Shown one piece after another: positions 1-12,782 of a stretch of 64,000 nt of DNA. The stretch comes from the human T2T-CHM13v2.0 reference genome, Homo sapiens: NCBI RefSeq assembly GCF_009914755.1, contig NC_060932.1. One strand, 5' to 3'. The position numbers and the translations under genes were made by a program. Within the stretch, counting starts at the first letter, position 1. Every line of letters starts with the position of its first letter. The notes beneath the pieces were generated by a model that saw only the letters and a program-made list of their open reading frames with translations, had not been told where the DNA came from and did no database searches.

Positions 1-2449
1 TTGAGGGTACATCATAGAGGATATATCTCTATGTCTATTGCTGAACCAAAAAGCAAAAATATTTTTAGTGGTTTAGCAATATACTGCTGGGCTTATATAT
101 CTTGGATATTACTATACTGATTATTTTGGCTCTGGGCTCCATAAGGATCACCAAATTGGACCAACTGAAAATTGCGTGACTATACTGGTATTGGAGATAG
201 GAAATGTGAACAGAACATAATCCCTCTTTTCTAGGATGCAGTCTTTTGGAGGAAAATGGCAAAAATTCATGCCGTAGATTGAACTATAAATTTCCATTAA
301 AAGAAATAATCAATATGTAATTACATGAAAAATGGACACATAATACAAAGGCAGACTGATAATCATGGTTACAGAGAAAGAAGTCAGGCTTATGAGCCAG
401 CCTGACCTGTGCTTTCTGGCACTGGGTGCATCACCTGTGTCTGTTCTGACTGTTAGACCAAATGGCCACTGAACGCTTCCACTTGGATACCCCACAAACA
501 TCTTAGAGATTTGCCATGTCCGTATCTGAACTTCATACCTCCTCTTCTTGGCCAACCTTGACTTTTTCCTGCGTTTTTTACTTGAGTAAATGACAGACAA
601 CAGTGTATTTGAGTACTCATGCCAGATACCAGGACATAATTTTTGTCTACGCACTTCTCTCTCATTGACCTGCTTGCCTCCATCCTTCAGATACCATTCA
701 TTTACTTTCTAAATTATCATCTATCTCTCTTTACATTTCATTTCACTCCTTAATTTAGAACACTATCACCCCTTACCCTATCGATTGCAATAGATTCTTT
801 GCTGTATCAGTTTCTTGCCTTTGATTTTAAATCTTTCATATCATTCACCCCACTTGTAGCCTGACTTTTGTAGTCTGGGATTTTCTGAATTAACGGTTTC
901 ATGTTTATGGGCTTCATAGCTTGTCCTCCACACACTTCCTCCTGGAATATCCAACCTTAAGCAAATGCAGATAGCAAGTATGTAAGTTAGCTTATTTCAG
1001 ATTGTATATTACTTGCGTGTGCCTGTGTGTGTGCATGTCTATGTTTTTTTTGCTCATATTATATTCTGGAAAAGTTACTTGTACACTTCATTGATCTTTA
1101 GAATTATTAACGTCTAAATAAGTTGGGCTGTTTATCATTTAGAAATGGATATTAGGTTAAAATTACAGTCAATGGAGTAACACCAAATAATCTCAACCAC
1201 TACTAATAATACCTAGTGATCTGTAGTTGGAAAATTAATATATTTAAATAATAGTATTTATAGCTTTAATATAGTAATCTCTGCAACAACAAAAAAAATC
1301 AATAAAAACCTTATTGAATAGTGCTATTCAATTTGGAGAAAAATAAGCTTTAACTCCATAAGTATTTATTGAGAAACGATTATATACGAAAAATGCTTAA
1401 TTAAATGTGGGTCCTACTTGCTCTCAAATAATTCATAATCTAATAGGGGAAAGGATAAATTTTACTAAATAATATAGGATAAAGATTGAATTAATATTAC
1501 AAAGGTAGAGGCACAGCATAGAATTTAAGGACATGATGGAGAGTTATTTCTAGAGAAATAATTATGGATGAAATTAAATTTAGTCTTTAAGAATAAATTC
1601 AGGACATTAACAGACATGAGGGAGAAAGGTAGAATAACTGTTGGGCTAGAATGACTTCATTATGGGGAATAGTGGATCATAACATTCGTGTAAATCATAA
1701 GGAATATATTCTGGAATGCCTTCAGTGCTTTACTTGGGCATGGAATTGTATATATCTCGAAGAGAATCCTGAAATATTTGTGATATTGAAATAAACACCT
1801 AAACACAAGTTTGGAATGACTTATTCTTAGGACATTAAAATGCCCACGTACAAAGTGATTGTTATTTTCAGGGGTGATTATCAGGATCTTGAAAATGATT
1901 ATCAGTAATGCAAAGCTTGACTCAGTTAGCAACTATGCTAAGAAACAAGTGTTTTGTTTCTGAGGAGGCTACTCCATTTCATGTGAATGCCATGGTCCCA
2001 AGTCCATTGTTAGGTTTACTGTTGTTTAGAGTTTGGCATTTACTACACTGATATAATTCAAATGAGATCAGAATCCTGAATACTAAGAATGGGGATTTAT
2101 TTAAGTAATCATTGTGTTAGTGGTCAAATTATTAAACTTAAAATGTCCCATTGAGCTAATAAAAGTATCGATCGGTTCTTTCAAGAGGATAAAGGGAAAA
2201 TAAACCTTGTTTGTTCTCCCTTTGTATTTTTGTCCTTGGGCAGGAAATAGGTAAGTGTAGATTATAAACTAAAGATGTTCTTTGAAAGCTTTTGTTCTCC
2301 CCAGTAAAGTACAGAAAGCAAGTGCTTGAGTGGTGTTCTCCAAAGAGGAGTGCGTGCTAATACATTTGGGTGCTGGGAAAATACAGTAGAACTTCTATTT
2401 ATGTGTAGACTTCTGTTATGTGTGTGTACACACACGGAGTGGTTTTTTG

Positions 2450-2632
2450 TGTGCGAGGCATTATTCTAAGCACTTTACTATTAACTCATTTAATCTTTAT
2501 AACATAAGATAGACATTATTATTTCCTGTTGACGTGAAAAAAAATGGAAGAACAGAGAAGTTGAGTAACTTGCTAAAAGTTACTAAGTATCGGGCACTTG
2601 AATCCTAGAAGTCTGACTCCAGGGCCTATGCT
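2450..2632 (-). mobile_element. MIR SINE remnant
   Basis: Diverged core: ttaactcatttaatctttataac...acagagaagttgagtaacttgct...gtctgactccagggcc. Confidence 0.65.
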
Positions 2633-2769
2633 TTTAAGAAATTAAACTTTATTAATATTTAGTGCATGGATTAGTACAGTACCCTTACATGATTCATCTA
2701 AGTCCAGTTATATGCACTTTGAGACAGTATCCTGAAGTGAAAGGGGCTATTCCACAGTGCAGGTCTCAC

Positions 2770-2956
2770 AAAGGTATTAGTATTAGATAAACAATGTAAA
2801 TTTATTTTGCTAGATGTGGGTCTGAAGTAGAATGTAAAACGGAGGATATAAAGAATTTTTTTTTGAATGTTTAGATACAGTGCAAGGTACAGTTCTCGAT
2901 TTACATTGGTTGAACTCAAGATTTTTTTACTTTATGATGGCGTGAAAGCAAAACAC
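2770..2956. repeat. Left arm of a ~190-bp inverted duplication (partner 3870-4062)
   Basis: Reverse complement of 3870-4062 with scattered mismatches. The ORF track shows near-identical peptides on opposite strands (KKILYILRFTFYFRPTSSKINLHCLSNTN vs KKILYILLFTFYFRPTSREINLHCLSNTN). Confidence 0.93.
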
Positions 2957-3573
2957 CATTTATTAATTCATTTGCTTTCAGTGTACTGGGGCATACAGCT
3001 ATTTATATGTGCCTGGTTGCAGATTTATGGATTATGTTAGCTAGTTTTAATTAAACATGTCCTCCAGTGGGCAAATATTACTGCAAAAGACACTGTTAAT
3101 TAAGGGTTGTAGATAAATACAATTTAAATTAGTGACAAAACCAGAGAGCTGATCCTTCTTTTGTGCCTAGTACAACTCAGCCTTATAAAAAGATTAAAAA
3201 CAACTATGATCCAGTTGGATATGACAAGAACAGTCTTCTCAGTTGGAGCTATTTCTCTACGTATGGTAGTGTTAATGATGAATCTTGGCCTAGATAAGTA
3301 TTGCAGTATTAACCAGTGATAGAACAGGCTTATGATTTTTAGATAGATAAATGTGTGTGTGTATACACACACAGTACCCATTGAAGGAGCAAAGGTGTAA
3401 ATATGGGTGGGGATAATTCTTACATTGCCTAACTTAAGACTGTGGAATATTTGAGGTAATAACCTATAGGTAGTATTTACATTTGCTGTCACCATGGAAT
3501 GTACTGATGGACCTGCTTTATTGCCTTCCTCCTTTCTCACAGTTTCTTAGCTGTTAAACTGATTTGAGATATA

Positions 3574-3940
3574 TACTGATCCTCGCTTACAATGGGGTTT
3601 TGTCCCAATAAGCCACTTGTAGGTTAAAAATATTGTAAGTCAAAAATGTATTTGACACACCTAAGCTACTGAACATCAAAGCTTAGCCTAGCCTACCTTA
3701 AATATGTTCGGAACACTCAACATTAGCCTATAGTTGGGCAAAATCATTTAACACAAAGCCTGTTTTATAATGAAGTCTTGGATATCTCATGTAATTTATC
3801 AAATATTGAACTGAAATTGAAAAACCAGAATGGTCGTATGGATACTGGAAATAAAGTTTCCTACTGCACGTGTTTTGCTTTCACACCATCATAAAGTCAA
3901 AAAATCCTAAGTTGAACCATTGTAAGTCGAGAACTGTCTA
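3574..3940 (+). mobile_element. MER47A-like TcMar-Tigger DNA transposon fossil
   Basis: Starts cctcgcttacaatggggtt, has internal gcttagcctagcctaccttaaa...gttgggcaaaatcat, ends tgtaagtcgagaactgtcta. About 365 bp, resembling recalled MER47A. Confidence 0.8.
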
Positions 3941-4062
3941 TATCTTGTACTGTATCCAAACATTTTTTAAAAAAATTCTTTATATCCTCCTTTTTACTTT
4001 CTACTTTAGACCCACCTCTAGAGAAATAAATTTACATTGTTTATCTAATACTAATATCCTTT
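3870..4062. repeat. Right arm of the inverted duplication (partner 2770-2956)
   Basis: Covers the last ~70 bp of the MER47A-like element plus ~120 bp of flanking DNA. Confidence 0.93.
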
Positions 4063-4529
4063 ATTTTACAATTCTTCTCAGGTGTTTTTTTTTTAACATT
4101 TTTAGATAAACACTTAGAACTTAAGCTCAATTACAAGTCCTTGTTGGCCAGTTAGACCCCATATACCAAAAATGTGCTTCCTTTCATCTCCCTGTGTGGT
4201 ATATTCTAGGTTTTGTTTTAATTAACATCTTGGGTAGTGATTAATACTTTCGGGGCATTAATTTCAGTTGGTATTTGTCATTCACTTTTGTATGCATGAA
4301 ATATTCCTTGCCTGTCATAAGTTACATGCTGTTCTAGACAGTCATTGAGGTACAAAGATGAGTAAGACAGGGTTTCCGCGCTCAGAGAAATCACCATCTT
4401 GCTTCTCAACTTAGGAAAAAGAAGGCGACAGGCAGGTAGCTAGCCAGGCCTTAGAAAAGACCATAATGTTTGAGGGTATTAAAATTTGACTTTTTGATCA
4501 GTGACTGCTTTGTCATTTTTATCAGTGGT

Positions 4530-4975
4530 GTAGTGTATATATTGTGCTCTGCCCCCATGACCATACATGCAAGCCTTCAGGCCCTGCGTGGTGCCCTTCC
4601 CGGAGTTTGTCTGACTCTGCATCTCGCTTACCTGATTGCATGCAGCAGAATTGACACAATGCCAGCTCCAAGCCTGAGCTTTAAGAAAGACTTCTAGCTT
4701 CTGCTTTTCTCATCTTGGAAATCAGACACCATGCACAAGCCTATTCACGCTGAGGCTGCCATGGTAAGTGGAAGCTTAAGATACTCAGGTGAAGAAGAGT
4801 CAGGCAAACCAGCAGGAACTGAGGTCCCCGCTGACAGCCACCACTAACTCATGAGCCTGTCTGCCCCCAACAGTGCCGAAGTTGCTGAATTGTGAGCAAA
4901 TAAATAAGATGGTTATTTTTCAAGACCATTCAATTTGGCAGTAGTTTGTTATGTAGTAGTGGATAACCAAGATAG
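4530..4975 (+). mobile_element. MLT1-type MaLR LTR remnant
   Basis: gaactgaggtccccgctgacagcc...aattgtgagcaaataaat...tttgttatgtagtagtggataaccaagata, a typical MLT1 3' end. Confidence 0.65.
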
Positions 4976-5093
4976 CCTTAAAGTGGAACTTTTCTGTCCC
5001 TAATTTTCTAATTTGTGTGAAAATCAGTTAAGGTTGTGTGAAAATCATATAGTTTATACCTGTTAATATACCTGTTTATTATATTAACTATAA

Positions 5094-5460
5094 TAAACTA
5101 TTATATATAGTTAAACTATATATAAACTATTATATATAGTTAAACTATATATAAACTATTATATATAGTTAAACTATATATAAACTATTATATATAGTTA
5201 AACTATATATAAACTATTATATATAGTTAAACTATATATAAACTATTATATATAGTTAAACTATATATAAACTATTATATATAGTTAAACTATATATAAA
5301 CTATTATATATAGTTAAACTATATATAAACTATTATATATAGTTAAACTATATATAAACTATTATATATAGTTAAACTATATATAAACTATTATATATAG
5401 TTAAACTATATATAAACTATTATATATAGTTAAACTATATATAAACTATTATATATAGTT
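5094..5460. repeat. Perfect AT-rich 29-bp minisatellite, 12 full copies plus 19 bp of TAAACTATTATATATAGTTAAACTATATA
   Basis: Units start every 29 nt from 5094 to 5442 with no visible variant units. Flanked by the direct repeat ATATAGTTTATACCTGTTA at 5047-5065 and 5453-5471. Confidence 0.97.
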
Positions 5461-5713
5461 TATACCTGTTACTTGCAAATAGGGACTCATAATTTCTGTA
5501 GAATATAGTTTGTTCTGAAAAAAGTTTTGATGTCTTTAATTGAATATAACATTATGGTCTTTATGGGATAGAACAGTTATTATATATTTATATGTGTGTT
5601 GGGTCAAGAAGTTTAACTCAATTGCAAAATGCTGTATAAGAAATTTTCTTTTTTTATCCTATGGGTCACTTAACTTTGTAGAATGTGACTTTTCTTTTTA
5701 AATACCAGAAGGT

Positions 5714-5885
5714 ATCCCAGTCCATTTGTGCTGCCGCCATGAAATATTTGAGACTGAGGAATGTATAAAGCACAGAAATTTATATTCTCACAGTTCTGGA
5801 GGCTGGGAAGTCCAAGGTCAAGGCACCGGCAGGTTTACTGTGTGGCGAGGGCATGGTCCCTGCTTCTAAGATGGTGCCTTAAACA
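5714..5885 (-). mobile_element. MST/MLT1A-type MaLR LTR fragment
   Basis: cagaaatttatattctcacagttctggaggctgggaagtccaaggtcaagg...aagatggtgcctt. Confidence 0.75.
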
Positions 5886-6246
5886 CCGATTCCTCCTGAA
5901 GATTAGGCTTTGGTTCAGGAGAAGGACATAGGATAGGTGGCTCTGGGCAGATTTCAGCAATCCCTTATCCCCCACTATCTCCCCAGGGGAAGTGGTTTCT
6001 TTATTTTCTTTAATTTTCTCTGTGAGTGCCTGGGGGTAGGAGGGATTTTTTTGCAGATAAAGCTTTTAAGAAGGTTTCAACTTTTCTAATTGGGTGGTTT
6101 CCAGGGCTCCATACTCTCATGCTAGCCCACCCCAGATGAGCAAATGCTTGAGTTTTATTTCTCCCTGTAGATTCCTGGACAGAGATACCTACAGGGAGAA
6201 ATAATTTTTGCCCATAGACTTCAGTGTTAATTTGCTTTCTGTCCAG

Positions 6247-6274
6247 TTTTTTTTTTTTTTTTTTTTTTTTTTTT
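6247..6274. repeat. poly(T) tract, about 28 nt
   Basis: Direct reading. Confidence 0.9.
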
Positions 6275-6690
6275 ATTATTGTTTAAAAGGTGGATGTGAC
6301 GTTCCTTCCAACTCTGTACTTCTGAACTGAATGTGCAGTTCTTGGAGCACAGCAGTTTTGAGAAGCTGAAAGAAATCCAGAATGGCTAAAATTAAAAGCA
6401 GAAATGTGGTGAGGCTAGAGAGGTGAGCCAGAGCTAGCATGTTTGGGAAGGGCTTTTCACAGCAGTAGCAAAACACTAGCACTCAGGTTCGCAGGACAGT
6501 CACATCGTTGTATTTTAAGCAGAGGTGTAATATGGGCAACTTGTGTTTTAAAAAGACCTTTCTGTTGATTGAAGGAGATGGAAGTGGATACAGAGAAAGG
6601 ACTCTACAGTGGTCCAGGGAGAGCAGATGAGGGCCTAGACTAGGGTGGTTGTGGGAGGACTGAAGAAAATGGACAGATTTAAGAGATGTT

Positions 6691-7011
<321 letters not shown>

Positions 7012-7924
7012 AGATGTTTAGGAGGTAAAATCATTAACATATAACTAATTAGATCATTAACATGTATTAAACGCCCTCTCTATTCATGTTGGAGAGATAA
7101 AGCAGTGAACACACAGGCCTAGTCAGTGCCCTCGTGCAGTAGGTGGCAGGCTTCAGGCTTGAGTTACTGCGAAGACAGTGGCACCATTTGCTGGGCTAAG
7201 GGACTCTGGAAGAAGAGCATGTTTGAAGCTATGGTGGCGGAGTTTCCAAGTTCAGTGTTGAGTGTTGTGTTAGAGGTCAGTAAGATATCCCTTTATTATA
7301 CTAATCAGCTTTTTGGTGAGCACTCAGTTATGGGAAACCTTTTAATGGAGACCGTGACAGGTTCTTGAGATTTAGTTGTTTATGAAATGACAGCTTAACT
7401 GTAATTGCTCCCCAAGGAACAGTGTCATGTCACAATTATAGTTTAGATCAATTAAAGCTAGTTCAGAAAGGCGCTTGGTCTTTACCAGTGAATAATATAA
7501 TTATTGTAGCTTATACATCATGCAGTGAAACTCAGATATACTTACTATATGTTGTTATACCATCTTCATAATCACTTGAAAACCAACTCAGGGTATGTGA
7601 CTTTTCCTGATTAGTGGAAACAAGCAGTTCAGCTAATCTTTAATGGAGAAAATAATGGGACTTTGGATGGTTTGTGTTTAAAAATGTAACATTTGTGTGT
7701 CTGTGAGAGATACAATAATTGACATCTGGAGAAAAATTATTAGTCTTAGGAATGATAATTTGTAAATTTGTAAAATGATAATTTCCATGTAAGTGAACAA
7801 ATAAAATTATTAATGAATATTAATATTAATGAATATGTATTAATGGACAAATGAGGTTATTTATACAAATGAATATTAAAATGTATTTGCTTATTTCTTA
7901 CTGTCTTGCAGATATAGTTTTTAA

Positions 7925-8577
7925 AATAAAAAATCAGGACATGGATAAGGGGAGATTTTATTTGAAAAGGTGACTGCAAGACCACAGAAAGGGACTATTG
8001 GCAATAGGGAGAGGGGATATTAAAAAGGGAGAAAGCACTGACCATGAGAACTGTAAGTTATATCTCAGAAGTCAGGCAGAAAAAGGCTTTCCTTTCATGA
8101 GTGAAGTGATTGAGGCCAGAACGGTGTGGGGCAGTGCGATGAATGGGTGGTAGTGGCAGGATGGGACAGTGATCAGAGAACACTACCCTGAGCTTGGCCT
8201 GTTTTCCAAAGGGGCTTTTGGGTGGAGCTTGTCTGCTGGTTCAGATTGAAGATGGGTCAAAGTTCAGGGGTCTGGACAAAGGAGAGAAGTGGAACCAAAG
8301 TTTAACTAACTCAGGACATATGTCTTTTTCTGATTGACCAGTGGAAACAAACAGTTCAGCTACTTTTTAAGGGGCAAAATAATGGGAATTTTGAGGGTTT
8401 GTGTCTGTCCTTGCTGTAGGTAAATAAAGGATCCTCTGTGAGTCTTATCTAAGTTATGTGGGTAAGAGTGGGCCTTTGCAACAAGCACTTTCCAGAAACA
8501 CAAAAGGGTGGGGAGATTTTGTAATCATCACTGTTTTTAGGTGCACAGGGCTGCTCAGGTAAAATTCAACATTGTCA
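7925..8577 (-). mobile_element. ERV-class LTR remnant (possibly MER67-like)
   Basis: Minus strand starts TGACAATGTTGAATTTTACCTGAGC. Purine-rich LTR-like body. Family assignment is tentative. Confidence 0.5.
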
Positions 8578-9077
8578 CCGTGCTTAACACTTTATCTGAT
8601 ATTTTATTCTTCATAATGACCCTGAAATGTAATGACTTTTATAAGCCACACCTGGTAAATGTGAAACTGAAAACTAGAAATGCTGAGAAACCTCTGTGTT
8701 CACATTGCTGATAAGATGAGGGCACTGTATGATGACACCCCTTCAGAACCCATAGCAAGTGGGACATCAGGAGGTGTTATGGGACTAATGGCAAAGAAGA
8801 CAACTATGCCGCTTTCGTTGTTTATTATTTATATCATCCAGAAAGTCCAAAATACATACTCAGTCCATCTATTAGTTAGGCCTTTTCTTGTTGCGAATAC
8901 CGACTATGACTAGCTTGAAGGATTTTTTCTTTAAAAAAAGGAAAACAACAAAAAACAACAACAAAAAAAACCTACCTTAGGGTGTCCTATAGAATGCATG
9001 GAGGAATTGAACTTGCAAACTGAAAAGACAGTAATAAGAGCTTTAAGCCTAAGAAATTGTCTCTGGCTTTTCCCTCT

Positions 9078-9282
9078 AGCAGTATTTTTTACCTGGGCCA
9101 CAATTGACATTTTAAACAGGACACTTTGGTGAAGGGCAGGACCATCTGTTTCTGATGCCTGACATAGGCCTTTGCCCCTGAGTCCCAGTAGTGACCCTAG
9201 TCATTGTGACAACCAAATAAACATGCTAAATATTTCCAAGTGTCCCACAGGGAGGTGATGCAACATCTGCAGTTTGAGAACC
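9078..9282. mobile_element. MER20/MER3-like hAT-Charlie fossil
   Basis: attgacatttt...ccctagtcattgtgacaaccaaa...tttgagaacc. Confidence 0.55.
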
Positions 9283-10049
9283 TGCCGGAGCAGCCAAGCA
9301 CATTACCATTATTGTGACTCAGCTCTCAGGACATTCAGTATCCACATAATCAGTTCTAAATTTCAGAATCTCTTGATTTCCAGTCAAAGGCCAATTCCTC
9401 GGCCGATCTGGGTGGCCTGGGCCAGGTCATGCCATTTTCAGTGTGGTGGCTCCCTTGGTAGCCTTCTCCCACTTGCCATAGGTTCTGAAGGGGATGCAGT
9501 TCCACAGTAGGTGGGTCTTGTTCAGATAAAATTGTATATATCCACAACAGTTAAATTCATCTATTTATTACTTACTAATTTGGCATCAAGTATACGCAAT
9601 CTGCTGGCTGCTCTCTTAGGTGATTTTCGTATACTTTCTTACTTAATTCATGCGACCTGCACCCACAGTAGGTAATATGGTCTGTGTTTTGTGGATGAAA
9701 AGTCTGAGACTCAGGAGGGTTAATTTGACTCAGGAGATAGAAGTAACTTGACTAGGGAGATACATGGTTGAACAGAGTTGAGAGGAAAAAGAAGGGAAAA
9801 TAAAAGTGTTTCTGGTTGTCACAGTATTCATTTATGTACTTTTTGTGAACAAAACACTAACAGAAGTTAAGTGGAAAAAAGAAACCCCTAAAGGTATATA
9901 AAAGTCAATAAAATGCTTTTTCTTTTTACCTGGAATGCTGTCAAGTGACCTTTAATCAATCATGTCTTTCTATGGACTTCAGATTCTTCTGTATAAAATT
10001 AGATGTTTGGATTGGATGATTTCTAAAGCCTCTTAATTTTTATCACTTG

Positions 10050-11290
10050 GGAACTATTTGACCTAACTTAAGATGCAAGATAAATATGACTATTTGACTA
10101 TCAAAATTTATTTTTGCTCCATTTTTGAAACCTATTAAAATAAATATAAATGAAATAAAAAGGCATAAATTTATGAAGATCACAAGAATGGGAGAGTGGG
10201 ACAACAATAGGCAAATGATGTCTGTAAAATTTTGGTGCTTGCAAAATAAATAGATAAATGGTAACGGAGACCAGAGAAAGCAGAACCCTGAGCTGGCAGG
10301 CAGGGAAGAATTCAACCAGAAACATGTTCATTACTGTGGGAAAACTCGAGAGCGCTCAGGAATTGTAGGTAGCAATTACTGTAAAGGTGGATTTATGGAT
10401 TAGAACTGACAAGAGTAGACTTGGTTGAAAGGTATAAGGAGTAGTTAGATCACAAGATGTTCTCATCTTATAAAACCAGGCATCTGCCCCTCCACACTCT
10501 AGCAAAAGACCAGAGGTTTCCTGAAGAGGTTGAATTGGACAACTGTGAGGCTCCAAGATACAGACAGATACAACTGAGGATGAGGGTGAGATATCACACT
10601 GAAAATGAGGGAATTGTTTCCTTTAAATAAAAGTGTGCGTGCTTAGTGATGGGATTCCCAGTATTCTGGCAGCTGGGCTTACACCTCCTCTTAAGAGATT
10701 GAGGAGTTTCTCTTCAGGGAAGTGCCTCGCCCAAGTGAAACGAAATACAGATACTGATATTTCAGTAGCTCTTGATAAAATAACTCAGCTGCCATATTTG
10801 CAATGAAGACTGCTGTTGCCAAGTCCCATGTATGAAAACAGAACTTCCAGTCAGCAATCCGGAATTTTTAAGAACAGATAGTAGAGGATTACCAGACATC
10901 TGAGGAAATCCCATAAAAGAGAAAGAGACCAGCTCACAAAATGGGGAAGGGGAGACTCTTGGAAGAAGCAGATACTTTAAACTCCAAGGCGGGGACAGGC
11001 TGCTGTCATCAATATCTTCAGAAAGGATGAGAAATTTAATTGTTTCCACAAAGTGTAACAAAACACCATAAAGAAGAAACAGCTGTAAGACAGTCGTATT
11101 CGTAAATATTTGATAGCAAAAATGAAGGAATCAGTAGGTATATAGGAAATGTATTTAAATTCTCCAGAAAGTAAAACAGAGAGACACAAACAATAAAAGA
11201 GAAATTTAGAGATAGCAGTCCATCTCAGGATGTCCAATGTCCAAATAATAGGATTTTCAGAAAGATAATAAAAGTAAATGGGGAGCTAGA
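10050..11290 (+). mobile_element. Old L1M (5'/ORF1-side) remnant
   Basis: A-rich sense strand with degraded L1 ORF1-like text, e.g. tctccagaaagtaaaacagagag...ggatgtccaatgtccaaataataggattttcagaaaga. Confidence 0.55.
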
Positions 11291-11819
11291 ATCAGGTGGG
11301 ATTGTATGGGTCAGTACCCAGTCCCATTCTTGCTCCCCATTTACTCCACTTTTTCACTCTGTAGTAGTATTAGACTTTGTAAACTCTGCAAGTATAACTT
11401 TTATGTTTAAAAATATTTTACTGAAAATGGCATTTTAACAAGCAAAAAATAATTACATGCAAAGATTAAAAATATATATTTGAGTTTTGGTTGAAGACCA
11501 ATAAAATTAAAAGTTGGAAGGAAAAAATACCACTTAGATTTTTTAAAGTGCTAAGTACTTATTTCAGGAAAATTACTTCAATTGCCATAGTTAGGTAAAT
11601 TGAGGAACAATTTTCTCTCAGAAACAGCAGCACAGCAGTGGCATGGATCACGGAAGAAGTGGCTGCTATGTGAGTTTGTAATCAAGCATCTTGCCAAGGC
11701 GAACAGCTTCCTCCCTGCTGATTTTCTATTTGGTAGCAAGAAGTAGTCATGATTTACCTTAATTATAGCAAGGCTTTTAAAAATTGTGTGAAATTCCTGA
11801 TTTTTTTTTGTATTCAAGA

Positions 11820-12050
11820 TGTATGTATTGAGTGTCTGTTATCTGGCAAGCATTGTTTTAAACAGTTTATTTATATTGACTTATTTAATCCTTAGAACAG
11901 CCCTATGAAGGTAGGTCTTGTTGTCATTCCTATTTTACAGATGAAGAAACTGAGGTATAGACAGGTTAGGTAACTTGCCCAGGTTTACTCAGCTGGCAAA
12001 CAGAAAAGGCTAGGTTTTAAATCATGGTAGTCTGGTTACAGAAGGCATAC
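11820..12050 (-). mobile_element. MIR SINE
   Basis: Core cctattttacagatgaagaaactgaggtatagacaggttaggtaacttgcccagg. Confidence 0.8.
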
Positions 12051-12665
12051 CCTTAATTAATTCATTACTATTCTGCTTGTTAAGGAACCACAGACATCTA
12101 AGTTTAAATAAATTGCCCACATTCCCATAGCTAGTTATTTTAGAAGCAATGAATTTTATTGTAAAGCTTCCATCAGCCACCGAATGCTTAAGAACTCATC
12201 TAAGCCAGTCCTCTCATTGATTGAATAACTAGATCCAAGGGCTGACCGGGTAGAAGAACCAGGTATTCCACAGTGACCAGTCTAGTGCATGTTAGAGACA
12301 CCTGGTGTCATTTTTTCTCACCTACATTCTCATCCTAGAAGTGTTCATTCATGGTGATATTTAACGTGTGCTGAAACTGTTAGGATAGCAACCGAGGAAT
12401 TCTGGGAAATTAGCTTCATTCACAGTTGTGGAATATAGCCATCACTGAAATAAATATAAAGAAATATATCAGGGTTTTTTATTTTACGTTTAGCCCCGTT
12501 TTATGTGGTGTGTGGGAAACATCATATTTTAATGCATGTAGCAGGAGCTTAAATATTTGCCATTAATCAATGATGTGTAGCACACTACAGTGTTTCTTAA
12601 CATTCAAGATTAAGAAATTGCTTTCACATATAAATGCTACAAATTTGGTTGTTTATTTTTCCTAG

Positions 12666-12782
12666 TTCAACTTTGTGGGGAAACTTTTGGGTCCACGTGG
12701 CAATTCTCTGAAGCGTTTACAAGAAGAAACCTTGACAAAAATGTCCATCCTTGGGAAAGGTTCCATGAGAGACAAGGCCAAG
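12666..12782 (+). CDS. KHDRBS3: KHDRBS3 internal coding exon (exon 3), 117 nt, phase 0-0, N-terminal half of KH domain
   Basis: Acceptor ttttcctag|TTC and donor AAG|gtaata. Translates [39 protein letters not shown], with the STAR-family KH GXXG loop (GPRG). Matches the recalled SLM2/T-STAR sequence. Confidence 0.97.

Noticed and set aside
3124-3540. Longest ORF in the track (138 aa), and similar ones at 43714-44118 and 22819-23211
   Set aside because: No recognisable domain, several use non-ATG starts, and lengths are plausible by chance in 64 kb over six frames.
5094-5460. Regular palindromic 29-bp repeats resembling a CRISPR array
   Set aside because: No unique spacers, units are head-to-tail, no cas genes, human intronic context.
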